Source: an uncultured Acidobacteriota bacterium (GTDB lineage Bacteria > Acidobacteriota > Thermoanaerobaculia > Multivoradales > UBA5704). Taken from it: a stretch of DNA of 64,000 nt. How positions within the stretch are numbered: the first letter of the stretch is position 1; every line of letters starts with the position of its first letter. Shown here piece after piece: positions 40,601-49,726 of this stretch. Location of the stretch: NCBI GenBank assembly GCA_963770895.1, contig CAVYRF010000001.1, positions 2,048,001-2,112,000 on the forward strand. The letters run 5' to 3'. Made by a program: the position numbers and the translations under genes. Below the pieces are notes generated by a model that did not search any database, had not been told where the DNA came from, and saw nothing but the letters and a program-made list of their open reading frames with translations.

Positions 40601-43600
40601 GATCGTCAACATGGTCGCCGACGCCATCGGCCGCCGCAGGAGCCTCCTCGTCGTCTGCCAGAAGCAGGCGGCGCTCGAGGTCGTGCACAAGCGGCTGGAA
40701 GCGGAGGGGCTGGGCGGGCGCGTCATGATGCTCAACGATGTGAACAAGGACCGCCTGCCGATCATCCGCGCGGTCCGCGAGCAGCTCGAGGCGCTCATGG
40801 CGCGCCTCGCGGGCGAGGCGGGCTGGCGGCAGCAGCGCCAGCAGCTGGCCGGCCGCATCGAGGTCCTGGAAGCCGACCTCGACCGCCATCACGAGGCGCT
40901 GCACGCGGCCGATCCCGCGACCGGCCTTAGTTATCGCCTCGTCCTCGGCGACCTGATCTCCGCCGAGACGGGAGAGCGGCCGCCGATCGACGTGCCGCGC
41001 CTGCGCCTTGTCCTGGGCTCCGTCGGCCCCTCCAACGTCGCCCATCTGCAGGAGACCTGTGGGCCGCTCGCCGGGCTTTGGCTCGCCGCGGAGTTCGAGG
41101 ACAGCCCGCTCGCCGGGCTCCGCCCTTTCGCTTCGGACGCCGGGACGGTCGCGGCCTTCGCCGACGACCTGGCGGCGTTCGCGAAACGCGATCGGGAGCG
41201 TTGCGATGTCCTCGCGCGCACCGCGGACGCGATCGAGGCCGACGATCCGGACGCCTGCCGGAGCTGGAAAGCCCTCCACGCCGAGACGTTCCGTTCTCTC
41301 GACGAGGCAGCCCGCGAGCGGCTCGCCCGCTGGCTCCCCCGGCTGACGCGAGAACGCGACGAGGAGTGGCGGCGGGAGACCGCCGAGCTTGAAGCGGTCG
41401 CGCAGGGGATCGCGGCCCTCACCGCCGGCCCCTCCGACGCGCCGTCGGCGCGGGTGGCGCGCGGCCTTTCGACGCCGGACCTCGGCACGATCGACGGGCT
41501 GACGGAGACGGCGCTCCCCGCCAGCTTCTTCGCCAGGTTTTCCCTGTCGCGCTTCCGCAAACGGCGGCAGCTCCTCACCTTTCTTCGTTCGGCCGGCCTC
41601 GCCGATCCGCTCGCGTTGCGGGCTGCCGTCCGCGACGAGATCGCCGTCCGCCCGTTCCGCGACCGGCTGGCCGCAACGCGCGCTCGCCTCGGCGAGCCGC
41701 CACTGCCGCTCGAAGAGCGACCTCCCGCGGTGCTCGCCGCGACCGCTCGCACCCTGGGCGCATGGTTGGCCGAGGCGGCGCAGCTGGCCGCTCGCCTCCT
41801 CGAGCATCCACGCCGTGCGGCGGCCTGGGCGATGGCGGGTGCCGCGGCCCGCGAGGCGTTCGACCGGTTCCTCGACCGCGTCGAGCAGGGCCTCGAGCGT
41901 CACCGGGCGCAGCAGGCGAGCCTCGCGGCGCTCGCATCGCTCGCGACCTGGTTCGAGGAGCCCTGGCTCGCCGACCGTCGCCGCGAGATCGGAAGCGGCA
42001 TGGAATGGCGCGACGGCACCACGGCGTTCATCCCGCAGCGGGTCGCCGCCTATCAGCGCTTCCGTTCGCGAGCCCGCGAGCTGTCGCCGCTCGCGCTCGA
42101 CGCGTTCCGTGCCCTCCGCACTGTCGCCCCGGCACTACGGCAGCTGCCCGACGGCGCGCTCGACGGCGAGGTACGGCGGATCTTCGCCCGTGAATCGCGC
42201 CTCGCCTGGAAGGCGCATCTCGAAGGCGAGCGGCCGGCCCTCCTGTTCGAGGCGGCGGAGCTCGAGGCCAAGCGCGAGGCGCTCGCCGCGGCGGATCGCG
42301 AGATGCGGACGCTCAACCGAAGGTGGGTGGCCGAGGGAATCGACATGGCGAAGGTGCGCCCGCTCCGCGAGTGGGAGGACATCACCCGCCTCTCCGGCCA
42401 GCGGACGCGGCGGCTGCGCGAGTTCCTCGACCGCGGAGTGGAGCTCGGCCTGATGGCCCTCCGCCCCGTCTGGCTGATGAACCCGGACGTCGCGAGCCGC
42501 GTCCTGCCGCTGCGCGGCGGACTGTTCGACGCCGTCATCTACGACGAGGCGTCGCAAATGCCGATCGAGTACGCCGTTCCGAGCCTGTATCGCAGTCGCG
42601 TCATGATCGTCAGCGGCGACGAGAAGCAGATGCCGCCGAGCGCCTTTTTCTCCAGCCGAGTGGCGAACGACGAGGGGGAGCCGTTCGCAGGGGACGGCGC
42701 GGAGGAGGGGGCGAGCGAGCAGGAGCGCGAGGAGCTTGCCGCGACCTGGGACCGGCGCGAGATCAAGGACTGCCCCGACCTGCTGCAGCTGGCGCGCTCG
42801 GTGCTTCCCATCACGACGCTGCAGATCCATTACCGCTCGGCCTACAGCGAGCTGATCCAGTTCTCGAACGCCTCGTTCTACGCGAACGGCCTGAGCGTCC
42901 CGGTGCGCCACCCCGAGGCCGAGGTGCGCCGCGTGCGGCCGATCGAGCTGCTCCAGGTCGACGGTGTCTACCAGGAGCAGACGAACCGGGCCGAGGCGGA
43001 GCGGGTCGTCGCGGTGGTGGCGGAGCAGTGGAAGGTTCCCGCCGCGGAGAGGAAGTCGATCGGCGTCGTGACGTTCAACCGCAAACAGGCCGACCTCATC
43101 GAGGAGAGGCTCGAGGCCCGCGCCCAGGAGGACCCGGCGTTCCGCGCCGCCCTCGCCGAGGAGCGCGACCGCGTCGAGAAAGGGGAGGACGTCGGCTTCT
43201 TCGTCAAGAACGTCGAGAATGTGCAAGGGGACGAGCGAGACGTCATCGTCTTCTCCTCGACGTTCGGGCGCAACGCGCAGGGCACCTTCCGCCGCTCCTT
43301 CGGCGTGCTCGGCCAGGTGGGCGGCGAGCGCCGCCTCAACGTCGCGGTGACCCGAGCGCGCGAAAAGGTGGTCCTCGTCACCTCCATGCCGATCCCGCTC
43401 ATCTCGGACTTTCTCGCGACGCTGCGCCAGGCCGAGTCGCCCCGCGACTACCTGCAGGCCTACTTCGAGTACGCCCGCGCGCTCTCGTCCGGGGAGCTCG
43501 AACGGGCGCGTTCGCTTCTCGGCCGCCTGGCGCCAGGGCGCGATGGACGCGGTCCGCGCACGCCGACCGCCGTCGATCTCGACGGCTTCCAGCAGGCGGT

Positions 43601-43907
43601 GGCGGAGGAGATCGAGCGGCTGGGCTTCCGCCCCCTGTCCGTCCAGGAGGCGGGGGTCTTTGGCTTCGACTTCGCCATCGAGGACCCGCGGACCGGCCTC
43701 TTCGGCATCGCGATCGAGTGCGACGCGCCGCGCCATCCACTGCTCGACCGGGCGCGCCCGCGCGAGGTCTGGCGGCCCGGCGTGCTGCGGCGCTCGATCC
43801 CCGCCGTCCACCGCGTCTCGTCGCGCGGCTGGTGCCAGGCGCCGGCCGAGGAGAAGGCGCGGCTGCGCGCGGCGATCGAAGCAGCCCTCTGCGGGGAGGC
43901 GGCATGA
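37671..43907 (+). CDS. 2078-aa fusion: Zn ribbons, Ser/Thr (pseudo)kinase, DUF4011-like domain, UPF1-like SF1 helicase, Vsr/MTES_1575-like nuclease
   Basis: Start MIRFCPAC at 37671 (RBS GAGGAG). CPAC..C..C and CPNGH..CGRC; kinase 'HRDLRPS', 'YTAPE', 'DWWSLG'; 'TGIDGLYLGFPFL...APVLLWPV...LNP'; 'GPPGTGKSQTI', 'FDAVIYDEASQM', 'GDEKQMPP', 'HYRS', 'VENVQGDERD', 'RRLNVAVTRAR'; C-terminal 'FDFAI...IAIECD...HRVSSRGW'. Confidence 0.88.
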   Translation: MIRFCPACATERSPSEVFCEGTIDGRPCDWNLSEVPLRPAGWRPSPEGELEPVPAPSGVCPNGHPLEPGDLLCGRCGADLTTTEPSASGTALREGEPAGGAATPSIPGWRIEHRIAADSQVQERYAAVREADGHRAVLTVYSEGHEPDAEVYEVLRTLDREHVPDLLETGRWDGRAYELSEDLRGGTLAEVGLLPDDLGTLSRIVSELGRALHALSEHGLRHRDLRPSAILVRTREPLDLVLTSFGSALLSDYDLDTVSPLETTRYTAPEAALGAVAAASDWWSLGILLLEQVTRGACFAGVNDQAFLIHVLTHGAPIPEGLAPEVDLLLRGLLTRDRRERWGWPEAQRWLAGESPSVSASARPAAETRGTRTLQLGGTDYASPTAFAFAAAEAANWDEARTLLARGAVATWAEEAGFDGRLQADLRHLAHVDDLSDDLRLTLAVRALNPAMPLVLRGEIVTPGWLLDHPDEGYAMIAGSAPDRLARNDADVWLSRMKARALQVRERAEQLGIALDETELRLYLLATSRSRLAAIWRERCRLLPDTDHPGLVALMERRQTTDEDYIVLLAADVGQFRTADAVVVDAARAAADVGVESFDAAAARARLEKPRREIYSEIEQRLAGFSRCDRARIDEWADSFRIERRLPLPRALALLAVPADSWREPPRQAYVATLLDFFGKRITNALVRGPLTRMLVGKNAARLDLTELDGERRSAAALLDHLLRRGALAIDLDPAVFRDDPTLERRLRTLHSHAMLYRRDTGIDGLYLGFPFLLLQENRTSVKPRIAPVLLWPVRLRPETGARARIDVAFDDDRQEVRLNPAFALLLGADAARRWEEAARDLLGRASLTAGGVLDAFAGLAAVEGRSLVPLPGKDAKVEPGADRLVCAAVLFNLSFLGQAVLEDLRQLRAIPPAGTGLEKAFRVGGRVERSSLEPVRERDRYLTADSDPSQERAVLEARTGSGLVVEGPPGTGKSQTIVNMVADAIGRRRSLLVVCQKQAALEVVHKRLEAEGLGGRVMMLNDVNKDRLPIIRAVREQLEALMARLAGEAGWRQQRQQLAGRIEVLEADLDRHHEALHAADPATGLSYRLVLGDLISAETGERPPIDVPRLRLVLGSVGPSNVAHLQETCGPLAGLWLAAEFEDSPLAGLRPFASDAGTVAAFADDLAAFAKRDRERCDVLARTADAIEADDPDACRSWKALHAETFRSLDEAARERLARWLPRLTRERDEEWRRETAELEAVAQGIAALTAGPSDAPSARVARGLSTPDLGTIDGLTETALPASFFARFSLSRFRKRRQLLTFLRSAGLADPLALRAAVRDEIAVRPFRDRLAATRARLGEPPLPLEERPPAVLAATARTLGAWLAEAAQLAARLLEHPRRAAAWAMAGAAAREAFDRFLDRVEQGLERHRAQQASLAALASLATWFEEPWLADRRREIGSGMEWRDGTTAFIPQRVAAYQRFRSRARELSPLALDAFRALRTVAPALRQLPDGALDGEVRRIFARESRLAWKAHLEGERPALLFEAAELEAKREALAAADREMRTLNRRWVAEGIDMAKVRPLREWEDITRLSGQRTRRLREFLDRGVELGLMALRPVWLMNPDVASRVLPLRGGLFDAVIYDEASQMPIEYAVPSLYRSRVMIVSGDEKQMPPSAFFSSRVANDEGEPFAGDGAEEGASEQEREELAATWDRREIKDCPDLLQLARSVLPITTLQIHYRSAYSELIQFSNASFYANGLSVPVRHPEAEVRRVRPIELLQVDGVYQEQTNRAEAERVVAVVAEQWKVPAAERKSIGVVTFNRKQADLIEERLEARAQEDPAFRAALAEERDRVEKGEDVGFFVKNVENVQGDERDVIVFSSTFGRNAQGTFRRSFGVLGQVGGERRLNVAVTRAREKVVLVTSMPIPLISDFLATLRQAESPRDYLQAYFEYARALSSGELERARSLLGRLAPGRDGRGPRTPTAVDLDGFQQAVAEEIERLGFRPLSVQEAGVFGFDFAIEDPRTGLFGIAIECDAPRHPLLDRARPREVWRPGVLRRSIPAVHRVSSRGWCQAPAEEKARLRAAIEAALCGEAA

Positions 43908-45241
43908 GCGGTCCCAAGGTCGTCCGTATCGTGAGCCGGGAGGAGATCCTCGCCTTGTGCCGCGGGTTGCTGGCGCGGGTCGACGCGGCGCTCGCGGAAT
44001 GGGCCGGCGCCGACGGGGTGGGCGAGGCCGACCTCGCGGTGGCGCGGAGGCGGCGGGAGGATCTGGGTCGCCTGCTCGACGCCGGCAGTTTCCTCGACCT
44101 CCAGAAGCAGGCGCCCCGCGAAGAGGCGTTCCTGCGCTCCGACCGCACGGCGAGGGCTGCTCGGGCCGCCGCCGCAGCCGCGCAGGAGCGGGCGGTGGAA
44201 CGGCGCCGCAGCGAGGCCGGCCGTGCGCTGCTCGCGGCGCTCCATCGCCAGGGAGCCGCGCTCGACCCGCAACTCGAACGGGCATTGGACGCGGTGGCAG
44301 GTGGTGCACTCGATCCCGTCGCGATGCGCCGCGGCTTCGCCCTTTTGACCGCCGGGAGCGGGGCGGAGGTTGGCCTGGACCGCGAGCGGGCGCGGAGCCT
44401 GAAGGAGGGAGACGATCGAGCGAGCTTCTCCGACTGGCTCGCCCGGCAGCCGAAACCGCCGTCCGACCCGGCTGTCGAGCGCCTCGAAGCGCGCCTGGCC
44501 GAGTTGGCCGGGGTCGCGGGGCGGGAAGCGGCCGCACTGCTGACGGCGCGCCTGCAACGGGCGCTGGAGGAGGTACCGCCGCGGCGAGGATTGCTGCTCG
44601 ACAGCCTGGAAATGGACCTCGGACCGGCGCTCGCCGAGGCGAGGCGGCGGGCCGACCTCGACCAGGAGATCCGCCTGGTCTTCGCGGAGCTGTCGGAGGC
44701 GGGTTCGCCGGCGCTCGTCACGCTCGCAGAGCGGCGCCGCGCGAGCGACACACCGGAAGCGCTCGACTCTCTCCTCTCCCAGGCCCGCGAGACGCTCACG
44801 CGGGAACGCGAAGCCCGAGGCGCCGCGGCGCGAAGATTGGCCGTCCTCGAAGCTCTCTCCGGTCTCGGCTACGAGGTCAGGGAGGGACTCGCGACCGCCT
44901 GGGTCGAGGAGGGGAGAGTCGTGCTTCGCAAGCCGGCGCAGCCCGGTTACGGCGTCGAGATCTCGGGCGACCCCGCCGCGGCACGTCTGCAGATGCGCGC
45001 CGTCGCGTTGACAGGCGGCACCGCCGGCCCCGATCCGGCCCGCGACCGCGACGCCGAGACCCTCTGGTGCGGCGACGTCGCGGCGCTCCAGACCCGCCTT
45101 GCGGCCGAAGGCGGCGGCCTCACGATCGAGAAGGCGCTGCCGATCGGCGCAACGCCCCTCAAACGCGTCGTCGAGCCGACCGCGTCCCGCACGGAAGCCC
45201 GGGAAGGTCCGGGCCAGCACACGTTCCCGCTGCGGCGCTGA
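43904..45241 (+). CDS. Hypothetical coiled-coil protein, last gene of the AAA/radical SAM/helicase operon
   Basis: Start 'MSGPKVVRIVSREE' overlaps the upstream stop (ATGA) after GGGGAGG. Helical Ala/Arg/Glu-rich body; C-terminal alpha/beta segment 'LSGLGYEV.EG...PGYGVE...RD.DAE..WC'. Confidence 0.8.
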   Translation: MSGPKVVRIVSREEILALCRGLLARVDAALAEWAGADGVGEADLAVARRRREDLGRLLDAGSFLDLQKQAPREEAFLRSDRTARAARAAAAAAQERAVERRRSEAGRALLAALHRQGAALDPQLERALDAVAGGALDPVAMRRGFALLTAGSGAEVGLDRERARSLKEGDDRASFSDWLARQPKPPSDPAVERLEARLAELAGVAGREAAALLTARLQRALEEVPPRRGLLLDSLEMDLGPALAEARRRADLDQEIRLVFAELSEAGSPALVTLAERRRASDTPEALDSLLSQARETLTREREARGAAARRLAVLEALSGLGYEVREGLATAWVEEGRVVLRKPAQPGYGVEISGDPAAARLQMRAVALTGGTAGPDPARDRDAETLWCGDVAALQTRLAAEGGGLTIEKALPIGATPLKRVVEPTASRTEAREGPGQHTFPLRR

Positions 45242-45326
45242 CGGTCGCGATGAACTATTTGCGGGCAAGCGGGTACAGACTTGCCAAACGGCTCCCTTCG
45301 CTCGGTCGAGCCCCGTGAGGTGGCGT

Positions 45327-47069
45327 ATGTGTGGCAGCAACTTTCTTCGCTGTGCCAAGGCTATCGTCCTCAACGTGCTGTTCGGTCTGGGCGCGGCGTC
45401 GGCGGCATCCGCCGCCAACGTGACGATCCTGGCCGTAGGTGACGGCTACTACTCCCCCGCGGCCTTCTCGCCCAGGAACGTCACCATCCATGTCGGCGAC
45501 ACGATTACCTTCACCAATGCCAGCGCCAACACCGCCTATCCGGGACCGCACAACGTGCACGCCGACGACGAATCCTTCCTCTGCTCGGATAGTTGCACGT
45601 CGCCGCACAATATGCCGAGCACTGACGCCTGGAGCTTCAGCATCACTTTCAGCTCGCCGAAGACCTTCAACTATCACTGCGACCATCACGGCAACTACAA
45701 CCTGGTGGGCATGAGCGGCACCATCACCGTGCTGGGGAACGGCGCGCCGGGGAATCTGGGCTTCAGTTCCGCCACGTACAGCTCCCTGGACAGCGCCGCC
45801 AACGCCTCGATCGCCGTCGCGCGCACCGGCGGCAGCAGCGGCGCCGTGTCTGTCCTCTATGCGACCAGCGACGGCACCGCCCACGCCGGCAGGGACTACA
45901 CCTCGGCCAGCGGCACGCTCAGCTGGGCCGACGGCGACGCGAGCGCCAAGAGCTTCGCCGTGCCGCTCCTGGCAAACGGCAGCGGCACTGTGAACCTCGC
46001 CTTGAGCGCGCCCAGCGGCGGTGCCGCCCTCGCCTCGCCGAGTACCGCCACGCTGACGATCCAGCCGGCGCAGAACGCCGGCACGATCGGCTTCGCCCAG
46101 GCGAGCCAGAGCGTGAGCGAGAGTGCCGGCACCGTGTCCGTCGTGGTCAACCGGAGCGGCGGCAGCGGCGGCGCGACGGTCCACTACGCGACGGGCGGTG
46201 GTACCGCCGTGGCCGGCACCAATTACACCAGCACCGCGGGGACGCTCAGCTGGGCCAGCGGCGACGATGCGTCGAAGAGCTTCACCGTCCAGGTCCTCGA
46301 CGACCACATCGCGGACGGGACCCACACCGTCAATCTCACGCTCAGCGATGCGACCGGCGGCGCCAAGATCAATCCCACTACCGACACCCTGTCGATCACC
46401 GACGCCGACGGCTCGGGCGCCGCTCCCAAGGTCCCCAGCAACCTGGTCGCCACAACGCTCGACACCAGCGACATCAAGCTCGCCTGGACGCTCAACTCCA
46501 CCGACCAGACCGGCCTGGTGATCCAGAGCCGCCGGCTCGACGGCACCTACGCCACGCTCGCCGGCGGTCCGCCGGCCAGCGCCACCAGCTTCACCGTCTC
46601 CGGGCTCACCGCGGCCACCGGTTACGCCTTCCACATCGCGGCGAGCAATGCCTCGGGGGTTTCTGCCTACAGCAACGAGGCCATCGCCTCGACCGATGCC
46701 ACGCCGGCCGCCTGCGTCGCCAACGCCCAGACCCTGTGCCTGGGCGCCTCCGGCCGCTTCCAGGTCCAGGTCGCCTACGTCTCTGCCACGCAGAGCGGCG
46801 AGGCCACCTCTCTGGCCCTGCCGAGCAACCCCGACTCGGGCCTCTTCTACTTCTTCGACTCCGGCAACATCGAAATGCTCATCAAGGTGCTCAACGCCTG
46901 CGCGGCCCCCTTCGATCACTACTGGGTCTTCTTCGCCGCCACCACCAACGTGCAATTCACCGTCACCGTGATCGACACCCAGACCGGAGCCGTGCAGACC
47001 TATTTCAACCCTCTCAACCAGGCGGCGCTCGCCGTCCAGGACACCGCCGCCTTCGCCACCTGCCCCTAG
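45327..47069 (+). CDS. Secreted protein: cupredoxin + two Calx-beta + FN3 + C-terminal conserved domain
   Basis: Signal peptide; type-1 Cu ligands 'PHNV' and 'YHCDHH...GMSGTITV'; Calx-beta 'V.RTGG..GAVSV.YAT.DGTA.AG.DY....GTLSW..GD...KSF.V' twice; FN3 'P.NL.A......I.L.W...Y.F.I.A.N..G.S'. Confidence 0.85.
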   Translation: MCGSNFLRCAKAIVLNVLFGLGAASAASAANVTILAVGDGYYSPAAFSPRNVTIHVGDTITFTNASANTAYPGPHNVHADDESFLCSDSCTSPHNMPSTDAWSFSITFSSPKTFNYHCDHHGNYNLVGMSGTITVLGNGAPGNLGFSSATYSSLDSAANASIAVARTGGSSGAVSVLYATSDGTAHAGRDYTSASGTLSWADGDASAKSFAVPLLANGSGTVNLALSAPSGGAALASPSTATLTIQPAQNAGTIGFAQASQSVSESAGTVSVVVNRSGGSGGATVHYATGGGTAVAGTNYTSTAGTLSWASGDDASKSFTVQVLDDHIADGTHTVNLTLSDATGGAKINPTTDTLSITDADGSGAAPKVPSNLVATTLDTSDIKLAWTLNSTDQTGLVIQSRRLDGTYATLAGGPPASATSFTVSGLTAATGYAFHIAASNASGVSAYSNEAIASTDATPAACVANAQTLCLGASGRFQVQVAYVSATQSGEATSLALPSNPDSGLFYFFDSGNIEMLIKVLNACAAPFDHYWVFFAATTNVQFTVTVIDTQTGAVQTYFNPLNQAALAVQDTAAFATCP

Positions 47070-47323
47070 ATCCTGGCGACCCCGGCAGCGGCTGCATAGT
47101 CGTCCGCGAGGCCGGCTCGCGCCTGGCTGGACCTGGCGGCAGCGGCGAGCCGGCGGTGCGCGCCGCGGTGGGGGAGCGCGCTGCACCAGATCCTGGCCGT
47201 CCCACGGCACCTTCGTGCGCCACATCGACGCGGTGGATTGCGGGCGGGTGAGCCAGATCCTGACTCACCCGAGCAAGCCGGTCATCTGCTGGTCGCGCTC
47301 GTCTGGCCTCGGCGCCGCAGATC

Positions 47324-49657
47324 GTGCATACTTGCAAAAGCGATCCAGCGAGAGGTTTTGGCCACGTGCTGACTGAAGACACCGCGAGCGGAGTTCCGGC
47401 CGATGTCGACCTCGACCTGGAGCAGAGGATCCTCGACACCCGACGATTGCTCGTCGTCGGACCCGCCGGATCTGGAAAATCCTTTCGCCTGCGTTCTGCC
47501 AAGGCGCTGCTCGAGCGCCAGGGGCATCTGGCCGTCCTGATCTACCTGCGCGACATCGGCAGGCCGGAGGAGATTGCCGGCCAGGTGGTGCAGAGCTGCC
47601 TGCGCGAGGTCGCGGCCCGCCGGATCAGCCCGCCGCCGGCTCTCGCCCGCTTCACCCAGCCAGCCGCGGCCCAGGGTGTGCCGACGGTGAGCGGCGAGGT
47701 ATTCCGCTCGTTCATCGATGCGCTGCTGCCGCTCCTCAGCCGCGACCGCAGGTTGATCCTGCTGTTTGACGGCATCGACGAAGCGCGCTTTCCACCGCGC
47801 TTTGCGACCTTTCTCGAAACCGTGACGAGCGACCTGCCGCCGCTCATCCACAGCGTGGTCACGGCGCGCTCGACTTTTTTAGCCGAGCGCTTCGCGGCCT
47901 GGGACTCGCTCGCGCTAGGGCCTGCGGCAGCCTGGGCCTGGCGCGAGGCCGCGGAGCTCGATCCCGCCGCGGCAGCGGGGCCGGCATCCGCGCAGCGGCT
48001 GGTCAAGGCACTGGCGCTGTTATCTCCCTCTTCGCTCGCCCTGCTTGTCGCGGCGTCCCGGCTGCAGGAGGAGGATGTCAGGCGGCAGCTGGCCATGGCC
48101 GAAAGCATCGGGCAGGTAACCCTGTACGGCGAGCAGGCCCGCTTTGCGCGGGAGGCGGACCGAGAGCGGGTGGTGCGGGCCCTGCTGATTCCTGCACTGC
48201 GGCTTGAAAACCTGCAGTTTGGAGCGGAGGCGGCGGAGATCGACCGGCTCTTGCAGAGCTGCTTCCAGAATCGCTCCGACCTGGAACTGATCCTCGACGG
48301 CAGAAAGACCGTCATCCTTGGCGACCGCGGAGCCGGCAAGAGCGCGCTGTTCGGGCGCCTCGAGGATAGCGTCGGCGGCGGCGAGACCGGGCGGGGCCTG
48401 GTGGTGGCCAAGGCGCAGGATCCGGCGAACGTATTGCGGACGATGACCGTGGGTGCCGCAGCGGTCGCCTCGCCAGAGGAGTTCAAGGCGATGTGGCTGT
48501 TGTACCTGGCGGCGCTGGCGGCCCGGCAGCTGCAGAGCAAGGGCAGGCCAAGGGATCCGTTGGAAAAACGTCATGCCCGCGCCGCGCGTACGATCCTGCG
48601 CAGTTTTGGCTGGTCGTCCAAGATCCAATCCGAAGGTTGGCTGTCGCGCGCCTGGCACGCCGTCGCCGGAGCAACGACGGCCAAGGTCAAGATCTCGGTG
48701 GGGCCGATCGCCATCGAGCCGACCGGCGCCTTGAACGGCGCCGGCGCCGGGCGCACGCCGCGCCGGCGCTTCGAGGTGTATGACTTTCTGGAGCTCACCG
48801 ACCGGCTGTTGGTGCGGCAGGAGCGGCAGCTTCTGGTTGCCATCGATCAGGTCGATGAGGCGCACAAGTACGAGCGTCCCATCCAGGAGGCGATGATCCA
48901 GGGTCTGATGCTGGCTGAATCCTACATCGCCCAAAGGCAAGCGATGCGCCTCGCGGTCTTTCTGCGCTGCGATCTCTGGGAGACCTACGACATCCAGGAG
49001 AAGAACAAGTTCGTGCTGCGCACCATCTGGCTCAGCTGGGCCGCCCACGAGCTCGAGTCGCTGCTGCTCGACCGGCTCTGCTCGAACCCGTGCTTTGGCG
49101 AGATCGCCGCGATGGTGCGGAACTGTTCGCCGCATCGCGCCGAAGTCACCGTCCGCGCCCTGCGTTGTTTCTTCCCCCCCGAGATCGAACGCACCGCCTT
49201 CCCGGAATGGCTGTTCGCAGGCTTGCGGAACGCACGCGACCGCGTCTCGCCGCGCCAGGTGATCCTGTTTCTCAATCTCTGTCGTGACAGTGCGCTGCGC
49301 GAGGCCCAGAGCGGCAGCGGTCCACGGCAGGATGGTCCCGTCTTCGGTGACCTGCACGTGCGCGAAGCAATGACGCAGCTTTCCGAGCTCAGCTACAACG
49401 AGGTGATCAGCGACTTCCGCGTGGCGAAAGGCTTCGTCAAGAACCTGCGCGCCGCCAACCGGATGGAGTTCGACCTGCAGGAGGTCAATGAGCTGTTCGA
49501 TCCCGTCGACGGGAGCATCGCCGATCAGGTCACCATCCTGGAACGGTTGGGTTTCCTCGGCCGCAAGGTGGACGACGCAGGGGGGCTGCGCTTGCGCTTC
49601 ACCGTCCCGCCTCTCTACACCCGCTGCTGGGAACAGATGGTGGCGGCAACCGGATAG
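47324..49657 (+). CDS. Tandem P-loop NTPase (NACHT/STAND-like domain + Sll1717/FunZ-like ATPase domain); start uncertain
   Basis: Walker A/B pair 1 'VVGPAGSGKS'/'ILLFDGIDE'; pair 2 'VILGDRGAGKS'/'LVAIDQVDE', preceded by 'FGAEAAEID..L...F' and followed by 'VFLRCDLW' and 'SPRQVI'. Confidence 0.75.
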   Translation: MHTCKSDPARGFGHVLTEDTASGVPADVDLDLEQRILDTRRLLVVGPAGSGKSFRLRSAKALLERQGHLAVLIYLRDIGRPEEIAGQVVQSCLREVAARRISPPPALARFTQPAAAQGVPTVSGEVFRSFIDALLPLLSRDRRLILLFDGIDEARFPPRFATFLETVTSDLPPLIHSVVTARSTFLAERFAAWDSLALGPAAAWAWREAAELDPAAAAGPASAQRLVKALALLSPSSLALLVAASRLQEEDVRRQLAMAESIGQVTLYGEQARFAREADRERVVRALLIPALRLENLQFGAEAAEIDRLLQSCFQNRSDLELILDGRKTVILGDRGAGKSALFGRLEDSVGGGETGRGLVVAKAQDPANVLRTMTVGAAAVASPEEFKAMWLLYLAALAARQLQSKGRPRDPLEKRHARAARTILRSFGWSSKIQSEGWLSRAWHAVAGATTAKVKISVGPIAIEPTGALNGAGAGRTPRRRFEVYDFLELTDRLLVRQERQLLVAIDQVDEAHKYERPIQEAMIQGLMLAESYIAQRQAMRLAVFLRCDLWETYDIQEKNKFVLRTIWLSWAAHELESLLLDRLCSNPCFGEIAAMVRNCSPHRAEVTVRALRCFFPPEIERTAFPEWLFAGLRNARDRVSPRQVILFLNLCRDSALREAQSGSGPRQDGPVFGDLHVREAMTQLSELSYNEVISDFRVAKGFVKNLRAANRMEFDLQEVNELFDPVDGSIADQVTILERLGFLGRKVDDAGGLRLRFTVPPLYTRCWEQMVAATG

Positions 49658-49726
49658 GCCACCGCGGGCCTCGGCCGGCGCGGCGGAGGGCGCCATACCG
49701 GCGCCCCCACACCTTTCGGTTGCGGT

